Assembly: GCA_964613905.1 (NCBI GenBank)
Contig: CAZTIV010000001.1
Span: 43,923-107,922 of the forward strand
Source: an uncultured Gemmatimonadaceae bacterium
GTDB lineage: Bacteria > Gemmatimonadota > Gemmatimonadetes > Gemmatimonadales > GWC2-71-9
Direction: 5' to 3'
DNA length: 64,000 bases
The notes under the pieces are model-generated. The model was not told where the DNA came from. It saw only the letters and a program-made list of their open reading frames with translations, and made no database searches. Shown in pieces: positions 9,634 through 18,673 of this stretch. The position numbers and the translations under genes were made by a program. Position 1 is the stretch's first letter. Each line of letters starts with the position of its first letter.

Positions 9634-10848
9634 CTAGTACCACCTGACAAGCGACGCTCCCGGAAAATAGTTGCCGAGTATGGCCTGATGCGACTGCCCG
9701 GCCCGGGCTCGGCCAATGGCGCCCCACTGGCACATCCCCACCCCGTGTCCCCACCCGTTTCCTTCGACTTCGAGTCCCGTAAGCCGATCTCCCTGGTGGC
9801 GCGCCTGAACCCGTACCGCCGTGCTACCCAACGGGCGCCCTTCCGGGGTCTCGAGCACCTGCCTCAGATCGACGCCGGCTATGGGGATCTCTCCACCACC
9901 CACGGCAATGCGCGTATCGGAGGCACGTCCTGATGGACCCGTGCGGCGGACATACACGTTCCGCACATCGTCTACCACCACACCCTCGATACCCACGGTT
10001 GCCGGGATCGTGCGGCGTAATATATCGCGCAATTGTGCCCCGTCCCACTCAACACGCCACTGGAATCGCGGCGATATGTCGCAGTAATATCCCCCGCCCC
10101 GGCGGCGATCCGACACGGGACGGAGGTACGGGATTCTGCTGATCGTGCGGAACGACTCCTCGGGTGCCGCCGTCGAGCCACCGCACGTAGAGTGGAAGAA
10201 CGCGGAAATCGGCTCGCCGCCGTGCACCAGAATCAGACCGGTCGTGGCACGCACGGCCGCGGCCCCTTCGGCCGTCTCCGATTCCACTCCGGCGTACACC
10301 TGGTCCGTGACTGAGGCGCGAAGGTCATATCCCTGGGCTGCGAATCGGCCGAGGTTCCGCAGAGCGTACGTGCGCGACGCGACCGCCTGTGCCTCCAGGG
10401 CGGCACGGTCACCTGCGCCACGCCGCCCCATCTCCGCGTTGACCACGCCATAGAGATAGCGCTCGAGGGAAACCACGTTGATCGCCGTAAGGGCACCGTC
10501 CCGCACGATCACTTCCACCACGCCGCGGTACGGCCTGTCATCTATGGTGACGTGCCTCCCTTCGGTCACGCTCACGAAGGTGAGAGACTCGAATCGCCCG
10601 GACGCCGCACCCGATACGCGCAGGGCACGACCATCCGGCTCCAGGGTCACCGCGCTATCGTCGATACGAAACGCCGGTAATCCACCCGCTACCGCAGCAA
10701 CGCCACCCTGACCGCCAACACGGATCCGTTGGGCACCGACTACAACTCCGACTCGCACATCCGCTTCAGCGCGGGGCGGTGCCGGCGGCCGAGTGGGTGG
10801 CGCGCAGGCCAGAACGACGCTAAGCGCGAACAGCGCGCGCCAGGGCAT
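9634..10848 (-). CDS. SpoIID/LytB domain lipoprotein (peptidoglycan remodelling)
   Basis: SpoIID motifs (YLYGVVNAEM, FHSTCGG, GHGVGMCQWGA). Start at ATG 10848 gives MPWRALFALSVVLAC with a lipobox-like VLAC. It overlaps the hemL 3' end by 29 nt. Confidence 0.85.
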   Translation of the reverse strand: MPWRALFALSVVLACAPPTRPPAPPRAEADVRVGVVVGAQRIRVGGQGGVAAVAGGLPAFRIDDSAVTLEPDGRALRVSGAASGRFESLTFVSVTEGRHVTIDDRPYRGVVEVIVRDGALTAINVVSLERYLYGVVNAEMGRRGAGDRAALEAQAVASRTYALRNLGRFAAQGYDLRASVTDQVYAGVESETAEGAAAVRATTGLILVHGGEPISAFFHSTCGGSTAAPEESFRTISRIPYLRPVSDRRRGGGYYCDISPRFQWRVEWDGAQLRDILRRTIPATVGIEGVVVDDVRNVYVRRTGPSGRASDTRIAVGGGEIPIAGVDLRQVLETPEGRPLGSTAVRVQARHQGDRLTGLEVEGNGWGHGVGMCQWGAIGRARAGQSHQAILGNYFPGASLVRWY

Positions 10849-12106
10849 CTGCCAGCCGTTCGACGGTCTCCGCAATGATCTCCTCGGTGTGTGCAATGGA
10901 AATGAAACCGGCTTCGAAAGCGGAGGGGGCAAGCAGGATCCCATTGCGGCGCGCTTCCCGGTGGAACCGCGCAAACAACGCCGTGTCCGAAGCCCTGGCC
11001 TCCGCAAAACTGGTCACCGGACCCTCCCGGAAGAACAGACCCCACATCGACCCCGCGTGCTCCACCGTCAGGGGAACGCCGACTGAAGTGCCCGCCGCGG
11101 CGATACCATCAACCAGCATGCGTGTACGGCCCTCGAGGACGCTGAACAGATCGTCTGCCACCGCTGTTCGGAGGGTGGCAAGTCCGGCAGCCATTGCGAG
11201 AGGATTCCCCGAAAGAGTGCCGGCCTGATACACGGGACCTGCCGGAGCCACCATCGACATCAGGTTGGTTCGTCCCCCATACGCACCCACCGGTAGTCCC
11301 CCTCCAATCACCTTGCCCAGTGTCGTCAGATCGGGCATCACTCCCGTGGCACCCTGCGCACCACCGGCGCTCACCCGGAAACCGGTCATCACCTCATCGA
11401 AGATGAGCAGCGTGCCGTGTCGCGTGGAAAGGTCACGAAGCCCTCCGAGAAATCCCGGAAGCGGCGGAATGAACCCGGCATTCCCCACGTACGGCTCGAC
11501 GATTACCGCAGCGATAGCGTCCGGATGCGAGGTGAAGGCCGTCTCCACCTGGTCCAGATCGTTGAACGGTACGGTGACTGTGAGTGCGGCTAGCGGGGCG
11601 GGAACACCGGGACTGTCCGGAAGACCAAGTGTGGCTACGCCGGATCCAGCCGCCACCAGAAAGCCGTCCGCGTGGCCGTGGTAGCAACCTTCAAACTTGA
11701 GTATGAGATCCCGGCCCGTGGCCGCCCGGGCGAGCCTCACCGCAGCCATTGTGGCTTCCGTGCCGCTGTTCACAAACCGCAACATCTCTACGGATGGCAC
11801 AAGAGAGACCACCAGCTCGGCCAGCTCGACTTCCGCCGGACATGTGAAGCCGTATGATGTCCCGTGCCTCAGAGCCTCCTCTACCGCAGACCGCACGGCC
11901 GGATGAGCGTGCCCGAGGAGAAGCGGTCCCCACGAGAGCACGTAGTCGATGAGCACTTCGCCGTCGACCGTCGTTACTCGGGCACCGCTTGCCTCGCGGA
12001 TGACAACAGGGTCCTGACCTACGGATCTGAAGGCTCGTACCGGAGAGTTGACGCCACCGGGAATGACGGCGCGCGCACGCTCGATGATTGCACCAGAAGC
12101 GGTCAT
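10820..12106 (-). CDS. hemL: Glutamate-1-semialdehyde 2,1-aminomutase
   Basis: MTASGAIIERARAVIPGGVNSPVRAF... is a typical HemL N-terminus, with class-III aminotransferase features throughout. ATGA overlap with the rimO stop. Confidence 0.92.
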   Translation of the reverse strand: MTASGAIIERARAVIPGGVNSPVRAFRSVGQDPVVIREASGARVTTVDGEVLIDYVLSWGPLLLGHAHPAVRSAVEEALRHGTSYGFTCPAEVELAELVVSLVPSVEMLRFVNSGTEATMAAVRLARAATGRDLILKFEGCYHGHADGFLVAAGSGVATLGLPDSPGVPAPLAALTVTVPFNDLDQVETAFTSHPDAIAAVIVEPYVGNAGFIPPLPGFLGGLRDLSTRHGTLLIFDEVMTGFRVSAGGAQGATGVMPDLTTLGKVIGGGLPVGAYGGRTNLMSMVAPAGPVYQAGTLSGNPLAMAAGLATLRTAVADDLFSVLEGRTRMLVDGIAAAGTSVGVPLTVEHAGSMWGLFFREGPVTSFAEARASDTALFARFHREARRNGILLAPSAFEAGFISIAHTEEIIAETVERLADALARAVRA

Positions 12107-13419
12107 GCCAGGGCCACCGCCCTGAAGTCGAAATCGGAGTTGGACTCGATGCGAGCTCTCACGAAGGTGCCTGGTTCGGCCCACCCGCCCGTGCTGAGCA
12201 GCGTGACACCGTCGACGTCGTCCGCCTGCCACTTGACGCGCCCCACGTGGGTGGCCCCGTCATCGTCCGGGTCGGCCACGGAATCCACCAGTACGTCCGT
12301 TTCCCTTCCCACGAATCTTGCCAACCGTTCTTCCGAGACGGTGCGCTGAACGGACAGCAGTTCTTCCTGGCGCTCCCGCTTCACATCGTCCGGTACGTCA
12401 TCCGGGTATCCCGCTGCTCTGGTTCCCTCCTGTTCGGAGTATGTGAAAACCCCCAGCCGCTCAAATTGTATCTCCTCCGCGAAATCGCACAGGACCCTGA
12501 AGTCGTGGTCAGTCTCCCCGGGAAAGCCCACGATTGCAGTGCTGCGGACTGCGATGTCCGGGATGGCTTCCCTCAAGCGGGCTACCTTTTCCCGGATGGT
12601 GGCCTGCCGTTCGGGACGGCGCATCCGCTCGAGCATCGTGTCGCTTGCGTGCTGGATTGGAATATCCATGTACGGAACGATACGTGGTTCGCGGGCCATC
12701 AGTTCAATCAGGCGTTCCGTGAGCCCAAGCGAATAGACGTACAGCATCCGGTACCAGCGTACGGTTGTTTCTCTGAGCAGGGCTTCCAGCAGATCGGGAA
12801 GATTCGGACCGCTCCGGCCAAGATCGCGACCGTAGTGTCCCAGATCCTGCGCTACCAGATTGATCTCCCTTGCGCCTTGCGCTTCGAGTTGCTTCGCCTC
12901 ACGGACCAGCCGCTCGAGCGGCTCGGAGCGGTGTTTCCCGCGCATGAGCGGTATCGCACAGAATGCGCAGGTGTGGTCACAGCCTTCAGAGATCTTCAGA
13001 TAGCGGACGTGCGGCCCGTCGCCCAGGTATTCGCGAACGCCGGGATGACCAGCCACCGGATCTGCAATCAGCCCGCGGGCTGCGAGCTCGGGTGCGAGCT
13101 TGTGGAGGTCGGAGAATCCCAGGAAGAGATCCACGTCCGGCATCTCGCGCCTCAGATCCTCACCATACCGCTGCACCAGGCACCCCACGGCAACCACGGC
13201 CTTCAACCGGCCATTCTTCTTGAGGGCGGATGCTTCGAGGATCGCTTCGATGGACTCGCGTTTCGCCGCGTCAATGAACCCGCACGTGTTGACGAGAACG
13301 ACGTCTGCTGCGCCAAGATCCGGCACCACGCGTGCACCGTGGCCGACCAGCTCACCTACCAGCCGCTCGGAGTCGACGGTTGCCTTGTCGCATCCCAGGG
13401 AAATGACACCGAGGTTCAT
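12103..13419 (-). CDS. rimO: Ribosomal protein S12 methylthiotransferase
   Basis: MNLGVISLGCDKATVDSE (UPF0004 domain), radical-SAM CxxxCxxC (CDHTCAFCAIP), C-terminal TRAM domain. Alternative ATG at 13461. Confidence 0.9.
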   Translation of the reverse strand: MNLGVISLGCDKATVDSERLVGELVGHGARVVPDLGAADVVLVNTCGFIDAAKRESIEAILEASALKKNGRLKAVVAVGCLVQRYGEDLRREMPDVDLFLGFSDLHKLAPELAARGLIADPVAGHPGVREYLGDGPHVRYLKISEGCDHTCAFCAIPLMRGKHRSEPLERLVREAKQLEAQGAREINLVAQDLGHYGRDLGRSGPNLPDLLEALLRETTVRWYRMLYVYSLGLTERLIELMAREPRIVPYMDIPIQHASDTMLERMRRPERQATIREKVARLREAIPDIAVRSTAIVGFPGETDHDFRVLCDFAEEIQFERLGVFTYSEQEGTRAAGYPDDVPDDVKRERQEELLSVQRTVSEERLARFVGRETDVLVDSVADPDDDGATHVGRVKWQADDVDGVTLLSTGGWAEPGTFVRARIESNSDFDFRAVALA

Positions 13420-13463
13420 GGGCGGGAATATAAACCTTGAGACGCGAGACGGCCGATACATCA

Positions 13464-13498
13464 GGAGCCCCGATGCCGTCAGGCAGCATCGAGGCTCC
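13464..13498 (-). other. Stem-loop between the sigma-factor stop and the rimO start
   Basis: GGAGCCCCGATGC-(9 nt)-GCATCGAGGCTCC gives 13 bp with one mismatch. No U-tract follows on the transcribed (minus) strand. Confidence 0.35.
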
Positions 13499-13527
13499 AG
13501 TTGCCGCTCCGTCTCACGTCTTGCGTT

Positions 13528-14385
13528 CTACGACAGGAAACTCTCCAACGCCCTCGCCCTGCTTACATGCCTCAGGCGTGCCAGTGCTTTTTCCTTGATC
13601 TGCCGCACCCGCTCCCGCGTGATCCCGAGCATACCGCCGATCTCTTCGAGAGTCATCGGTTCCTGGCCGTCCAGACCGAAGTACAGCCGGAGTATCCTGG
13701 CCTCACGCTCCTTGAGCGTGGACAGCACTTCTTCAATGGATTCCGAAAGTGCATGCTCGAAGGTCTCGTCATCCGGACCCGGATTCTGTGTGTCGGGCAG
13801 GTAGTCCAGAAGCTTGTTGTCTTCACCGGGTGTGAGCGGGGCGTCCAGCGAGAGGTGATTCTGGGATATTGACAGGGTCTTGGCAACTTCGTCTTCCGAG
13901 ATGTCCATCCCTTCCGCTATCTCTTCCACCGTGGGCTCGCGACCCAGTTCCTGAAGCAGGGCGGATGATCGTCTGCCTATGCGGTGCAGCGTGCCCGCCC
14001 GGTTGAGCGGCACCCGCACTATTCGACTCTGTTCCGCCAGGGCCTGGAGTATGGCCTGCCTGATCCACCACACGGCGTAGGAGATGAACTTGATGCCCTT
14101 CGTCTCGTCAAACTTGTGGGCCGCCCTGATCAGTCCCAGGTTGCCCTCGTTGATAAGGTCGGCCAGACTGACACCCTGATTCTGATACTTCTTGGCCACA
14201 GATACAACAAAGCGCAGGTTGCTGCGGACCAGCTTGTCAAGCGACTCCTCGCATCCCCCTCTGATCCGCTGCGCAAGATCCACTTCGTCATTTCGCTGTA
14301 TGAGGGGGTACTGACTTATCTCCCGCAGATACTGGTCGAGTGATCCTTCGTCAGACGAGATCTTCCGGGCCGAGTTCATGCGCAT
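13528..14385 (-). CDS. rpoD: Primary-type RNA polymerase sigma-70 factor, short form lacking region 1.1 (Bacteroidetes/FCB sigma-A type)
   Basis: Regions 1.2-4.2 are present (SLDQYLREIS, NLRFVVSVAKKYQNQGVSLADLINEGNLGLIRAAHKFDETKGIKFISYAVWWIRQAILQALAEQSRIVRVPLN, TLEEIGGMLGITRERVRQIKEKAL). ATG 14385 is preceded by GGGAGGA. MRMNSARKISSDEGSLDQYL aligns with the N-terminus of Bacteroides sigma-A as I remember it. Confidence 0.88.
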   Translation of the reverse strand: MRMNSARKISSDEGSLDQYLREISQYPLIQRNDEVDLAQRIRGGCEESLDKLVRSNLRFVVSVAKKYQNQGVSLADLINEGNLGLIRAAHKFDETKGIKFISYAVWWIRQAILQALAEQSRIVRVPLNRAGTLHRIGRRSSALLQELGREPTVEEIAEGMDISEDEVAKTLSISQNHLSLDAPLTPGEDNKLLDYLPDTQNPGPDDETFEHALSESIEEVLSTLKEREARILRLYFGLDGQEPMTLEEIGGMLGITRERVRQIKEKALARLRHVSRARALESFLS

Positions 14386-14594
14386 GGATTCGGCATCCTC
14401 CCGACAAGCCACGAGGAAGAATACATCACGCCGCCTGTCGCGGCTCTGAATTGCGCCATGAAAGAAGGGACGGCGGGTGCCTCGCTGTGACTCGTGAGCG
14501 CCAGACCGCGCTGCGACAGGGCACCGAGCTTGTCGTCATCCTGCAACTTACGTTAGTCAGGTCCCGGCGTGGGCGCAATGGCCACCCGACGAGT

Positions 14595-16088
14595 TCAGCC
14601 GGCATGCGTATCTATCTGTGCGCGCTGCAGCCGCCCCGAGTAGTCCACATAAAGCACCTTCGTTTCCGAATAGAACTCGTAGACCTCCCAACCACCCTCG
14701 CGGTGGCCGTTGCCCGTCTGCTTGACGCCGCCAAACGGCATGTGCGCCTCAGCCCCGATCGTGGGAGCGTTCACGTACGTTATTCCGTTGTCGAGCGCCG
14801 TCATCGCCCGGAAGGCAACATCCACATTACCGGTGTATATGCTGCTCGACAGGCCGTACTTCACTCCGTTGTTGATCCGCACCGCCTCATCGAGGTCCTG
14901 TACCCTGATCACGCTCAGTACCGGACCGAATATCTCTTCCTGCTCGATCCGCATTCCCGGCTTCACGCCGGCGAAAACCGTAGGTTGGTAAAACCACCCG
15001 TCGTCGAGTTTCCCGGTACCCGGCGGGGTTCCCCCCGTGGCGAGGGTGGCACCCTCCTTCTTCCCGATCTCCACATATGACTCGACCTTCTGCCTTGCCT
15101 CATCATGAATCAGCGGCCCCACATCGACATCCTCCAGCAACCCGTCTCCCAACACAAGCCGCTCGGCCGCATCGCAGACCATCTGCACGAAACGATCGTG
15201 CACGCCACTCTGTACTATGAGACGGGATGTGGCCGTACACCGCTGTCCGGTGGTTCCGAAGGCACCCCAGATGACTCCCTCCAGCGCAAGGTCCAGATTG
15301 GCATCGTCCAGCACGATCTGCGCATTCTTGCCTCCCATCTCGAGCGAAAGCCGTTTGTGCATCCGCCCGCACATTTCCCCCACTAGCGAACCTGTGGCTG
15401 TGGATCCCGTAAACGAAATGACGGGAACACCGGTATGCTCTACCAGCGCCTTCCCCGCCGTCTCACCCCGCCCGTGGACGAGCTGTACCACCTCCGTCGG
15501 AAGCCCGGCCTCCAGCAGTATCTCCACAAGCATGGTGGCCGTATGGGGGACATCTTCCGCCGGCTTCAGGATCGCCGAGTTACCGCATGCGAGTGCGGGG
15601 AACAGCTTCCATGTGGGAATCGCGAGCGGGAAGTTAAACGGCGTGATCAGACCGGCCACGCCAATGGGGCGCCTGTACGACATCGCCCACTTGTCGCGCA
15701 ACTCGGACGGAACGGTGTGCCCGAACAGCCGCCGCGTTTCGCTGGCCGCGTAATACGCAGTGTCGATTCCTTCCTGAACGTCCCCGCGCGTCTCGGCCAG
15801 CACCTTGCCCATTTCCCGGGTCATGGCCCGCGCAATCTCCTCCTTGCGGGCGGCGAGCAGGTCCCCGGTCCGCTTGAGTACGTCCCCGCGAAGTGGAGCC
15901 GGCGTGTGCGACCATACGCGGAATCCTCGTTCGGCCGACGCCACCGCCCGGTCCACGTCCGAAGCCCCGGACTCCGGAAATCGGCCCAATACATCACTCC
16001 AGTTAGCCGGATTCCGGTTTTCGAACACGCCCCGCCCGTCTGCAGGACGCCACTCGCCGGCTATGAAATTCTGAAAAATCTTCGTCAT
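14595..16088 (-). CDS. NAD(P)-dependent aldehyde dehydrogenase family protein
   Basis: 497 aa with catalytic motifs LEMGGKN and GQRCTA and an ALDH-family N-terminus. Confidence 0.9.
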   Translation of the reverse strand: MTKIFQNFIAGEWRPADGRGVFENRNPANWSDVLGRFPESGASDVDRAVASAERGFRVWSHTPAPLRGDVLKRTGDLLAARKEEIARAMTREMGKVLAETRGDVQEGIDTAYYAASETRRLFGHTVPSELRDKWAMSYRRPIGVAGLITPFNFPLAIPTWKLFPALACGNSAILKPAEDVPHTATMLVEILLEAGLPTEVVQLVHGRGETAGKALVEHTGVPVISFTGSTATGSLVGEMCGRMHKRLSLEMGGKNAQIVLDDANLDLALEGVIWGAFGTTGQRCTATSRLIVQSGVHDRFVQMVCDAAERLVLGDGLLEDVDVGPLIHDEARQKVESYVEIGKKEGATLATGGTPPGTGKLDDGWFYQPTVFAGVKPGMRIEQEEIFGPVLSVIRVQDLDEAVRINNGVKYGLSSSIYTGNVDVAFRAMTALDNGITYVNAPTIGAEAHMPFGGVKQTGNGHREGGWEVYEFYSETKVLYVDYSGRLQRAQIDTHAG

Positions 16089-16106
16089 TGTCCCGGGCTC
16101 CTCAGC

Positions 16107-17468
16107 TCACCCTTCACGTCTCAGTGCGTACTTCTCGATCTTCTTGTACAGGTTGCTCCTCGGCATCTCCAGCTTTCTCGCCGTTTCACTCACGTTCCAG
16201 TCGTTCTCCTTGAGCTTCGCCGTGAGAAACGCCCGCTCAGCCTCCTGCTTGAATTCCTCGAACGTGCTCGATCCGAAGGCATGTCCCTGGGGGGAATCTC
16301 CAGCAACGCCACCACCCAGTCGTGTCACATCGGTGGCCTTGATATCGGTACCGGGCGCCAGGATCAGCAGCCGCTCGACCGTGTTTCTGAGCTCTCGCAC
16401 GTTACCCTGCCAATCCCGCGCAGCCAGCGCTTCCAGTGCGTCGGGCGCTATACGCCGCGCCGGCAGCCCGCCGGACCGGGTGAGTTCCGCCACGAATCGC
16501 TCCACGAGCAGCGGGATATCATCTCGCCGGGCCTTGAGTGGAGGAACGGCAATGGGTACGACGTTGAGACGATAGAACAGATCTTCCCGGAACCGACCCG
16601 CGGAAATTTCTTCCTCCAACCGCTTGTTGGTGGCCGCAATGACGCGCACGTCCACGCTGATTGCCTTCCCGCCCCCAATCCGGGTAATCACTCCCTCCTG
16701 CAGGGCTCTCAGCACCTTGGCCTGAGCGGAGAGACTCATGTCTCCCACCTCGTCCAGGAACAGAGTACCTCCGTCTGCCTGCTCGAACTTCCCGGCCCGA
16801 TCGGCGAATGCGCCCGTGAAGGACCCCTTCATGTGGCCGAACAACTCGCTCTCTATCAGTTCTGCCGGAATCGCGGCACAATTCACCTCGATAAAGGGCT
16901 TTGACGCCCGGTGCGACCGACGATGAATGGCTCGAGCCACCAGTTCCTTGCCGCTTCCGTTCTCACCGGTTATCAGCACGCGTCCGGGAGTTGGCGCAAC
17001 CCGCTCGATTACCTCCATCAACTCCCGCATGACGGCGCTCTCGCCCACGATCTCGTACCGGTCATCAATGTCGCCCCGGTAGCGGCGATTCTCGCTTTCC
17101 AGCTCCACTCGCTGGAATGCATTGCGGAGCGTGAGAAGGACGCGGTCCGTATCCAGCGGCTTCTCGAGGAAATCCCAGGCTCCCTTCTGCGTGGCCTCCA
17201 CGGCCGTCTGGATCGTGCCGTGACCCGAAATCATCACTACCAGCGCCCCCGGATCCATCTCTTTCAGCCGTGCCAGGGTCTCCAGACCATCCATGCCCGC
17301 CATCTTGACGTCCAGAACCGTTACGTGCGGCCGGAAGTCCGGATACAGCTTCAGCGCCTCCTCGCCGGCAGTAGCGGTCTGCACCTCCATGTGCTCGTAC
17401 TCGAGCACCTGACGCAGCGCCTCGCGCACTCCCTTCTCGTCATCTACCACCAGGACACGTTGCGGCAT
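16107..17468 (-). CDS. Sigma-54-dependent response regulator (REC-AAA+-Fis HTH; NtrC/NtrX family)
   Basis: REC domain (VLVVDDE...DVKMAGMDG). AAA+ domain with Walker A GENGSGKE, a GSFTGA (GAFTGA-type) loop and GNVRELRN. C-terminal HTH WNVSETARKLEMPRSNLYKKI. Start taken at ATG 17468; the track begins at TTG 17471. Confidence 0.9.
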   Translation of the reverse strand: MPQRVLVVDDEKGVREALRQVLEYEHMEVQTATAGEEALKLYPDFRPHVTVLDVKMAGMDGLETLARLKEMDPGALVVMISGHGTIQTAVEATQKGAWDFLEKPLDTDRVLLTLRNAFQRVELESENRRYRGDIDDRYEIVGESAVMRELMEVIERVAPTPGRVLITGENGSGKELVARAIHRRSHRASKPFIEVNCAAIPAELIESELFGHMKGSFTGAFADRAGKFEQADGGTLFLDEVGDMSLSAQAKVLRALQEGVITRIGGGKAISVDVRVIAATNKRLEEEISAGRFREDLFYRLNVVPIAVPPLKARRDDIPLLVERFVAELTRSGGLPARRIAPDALEALAARDWQGNVRELRNTVERLLILAPGTDIKATDVTRLGGGVAGDSPQGHAFGSSTFEEFKQEAERAFLTAKLKENDWNVSETARKLEMPRSNLYKKIEKYALRREG

Positions 17469-17471
17469 CAA

Positions 17472-18119
17472 TCACTGAGCCTGTCTGTAGAAGGTTACGC
17501 CCGTCGCCCGGATGCGGAGATCACCCACCGTTGACGGTATGTAGATCGGGATCGCACCATCCGTGCGACGAGCCAGACGGTTCACCAGACGCGGCACCGC
17601 CACCCTCGGGAACGAGAAGGACCTGACCGTAAAGGCGTCCGGCTCCCAGAACACGGTTCCGGGTTCGAATACCCTCGCGGGCCCGCCGACTACGAGCCGT
17701 TCGTAGGGCTGCAGCATCGCCGCAATCGGACCGAGCAGGTCATCGCCCAGCGCCCCCGTCATAAGAGCCGCTTCAAGCGTCAGCCGACCATGGCTGAGTA
17801 CCACACGAATCGAATCCAGGATCTCGAGAGTACCGGGGTCCAGCCCGTCCGTAATCAATGCCGCCATCTCATCCGCCGTAAGCGTAACAACCCCCGGTCC
17901 GCGGGAATTCTCCATTGCCTCTTCTTTTCGCCGGGCGGAGCGAAGTGCCGTCTCCGAGGGCCAGCCCGTCACCGCCGAATCAGCCGGCACCTCCGGAGTC
18001 TTGAACGATCGTACGGCATCTGTGATCTGCGGCCGAAAATGCCAGGCGGCCAAGCCGCCGGCCGCGAGAAGCGTGGCGCATCCCACTCCGGCCAGCACGT
18101 TACGAATGCAGCCGGTCAC
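17472..18119 (-). CDS. Hypothetical N-terminally membrane-anchored protein
   Basis: 215 aa with a single N-terminal TM (VLAGVGCATLLAAGGLAAW). GTG start in a GTGA overlap with thpR, and the stop lies 3 nt before the regulator ATG. No motif recognised. Confidence 0.55.
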   Translation of the reverse strand: MTGCIRNVLAGVGCATLLAAGGLAAWHFRPQITDAVRSFKTPEVPADSAVTGWPSETALRSARRKEEAMENSRGPGVVTLTADEMAALITDGLDPGTLEILDSIRVVLSHGRLTLEAALMTGALGDDLLGPIAAMLQPYERLVVGGPARVFEPGTVFWEPDAFTVRSFSFPRVAVPRLVNRLARRTDGAIPIYIPSTVGDLRIRATGVTFYRQAQ

Positions 18120-18673
18120 GACGAGAGTGCCACAGAATGACGGCGGGTGTAGCTGGCGCCCTCGGGGCCCAAAACGCTCCGCATCAGCTCGACCGACGAG
18201 ATCAGTGCCGTCCCGTTGACGGACAGTCGGGAAGCCATCTGCAGAAACCCTTTCAGATCAGGCGAAACGCCCCGCTTGGTCCTCCCCAGCGTGAGGTGCG
18301 GGCGGAACGGCCTGCCATCGAGCGCAAATCCCACAGCCGCGCACTCGCGCTCCACTCCGTGCTGTATCAGCTCGAGGTGCGGACCGCCGTCACAACCAAC
18401 CCAAACAACGCTCGGCCGTGTCATTGACGGAAACGCCCCGATACCCGACACTGCCAGATCGAACGGCTTGACCCCCTGCACCGCCGACTCGATGGCGGCA
18501 ATCACGTCCCGCTCCATCGACTCGGCAATCTCTCCCAAAAACTTGAGAGTGAGATGGATCGCTTCCGTTGGCACCCAGCGGACGTCCCGGTACGCCGAAC
18601 GAAGTTCAGTCGTTGCAGTCCACAAGTCCCTGCGCACCGGGTCGGGCAGATTGATGGCTATGAACGCCCGCAC
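18116..18673 (-). CDS. thpR: RNA 2',3'-cyclic phosphodiesterase (2H phosphoesterase, LigT/ThpR)
   Basis: Two HxT motifs (HLTLKF, HLTLGR) and MRAFIAINLP, a typical ThpR N-terminus. Confidence 0.85.
   Translation of the reverse strand: MRAFIAINLPDPVRRDLWTATTELRSAYRDVRWVPTEAIHLTLKFLGEIAESMERDVIAAIESAVQGVKPFDLAVSGIGAFPSMTRPSVVWVGCDGGPHLELIQHGVERECAAVGFALDGRPFRPHLTLGRTKRGVSPDLKGFLQMASRLSVNGTALISSVELMRSVLGPEGASYTRRHSVALSS

Noticed and set aside
12088-13440. 450-aa ORF on the + strand exactly antisense to rimO
   Set aside because: This is a typical shadow ORF of a GC-rich genome: stop codons are rare in the antisense frame of GC3-rich genes. The translation is Arg/Pro/Gly-rich with no recognisable motif, whereas the minus-strand product is an unmistakable RimO.
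14386-14594. Possible structured ncRNA or riboswitch in the 209-nt region upstream of the sigma factor gene (8-bp long-range inverted repeat CCTGTCGC...GCGACAGG)
   Set aside because: There is only one short helix separated by ~75 nt and no recognisable riboswitch core. That is insufficient evidence without covariation data.
15435-16904. 489-aa + strand ORF antisense to the aldehyde dehydrogenase and the sigma-54 regulator. Similar cases: 21062-22267, 30560-31762, 5925-6794, 42906-43529, 45126-46010.
   Set aside because: These are shadow ORFs opposite strongly supported genes. They have no family motifs, so they were not reported as CDS.
17661-17673. tRNA T-loop-like string GGGTTCGAATACC
   Set aside because: It lies inside a coding region, and I could not build an acceptor stem, anticodon arm or D-arm around it. 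No tRNA is called in this window.
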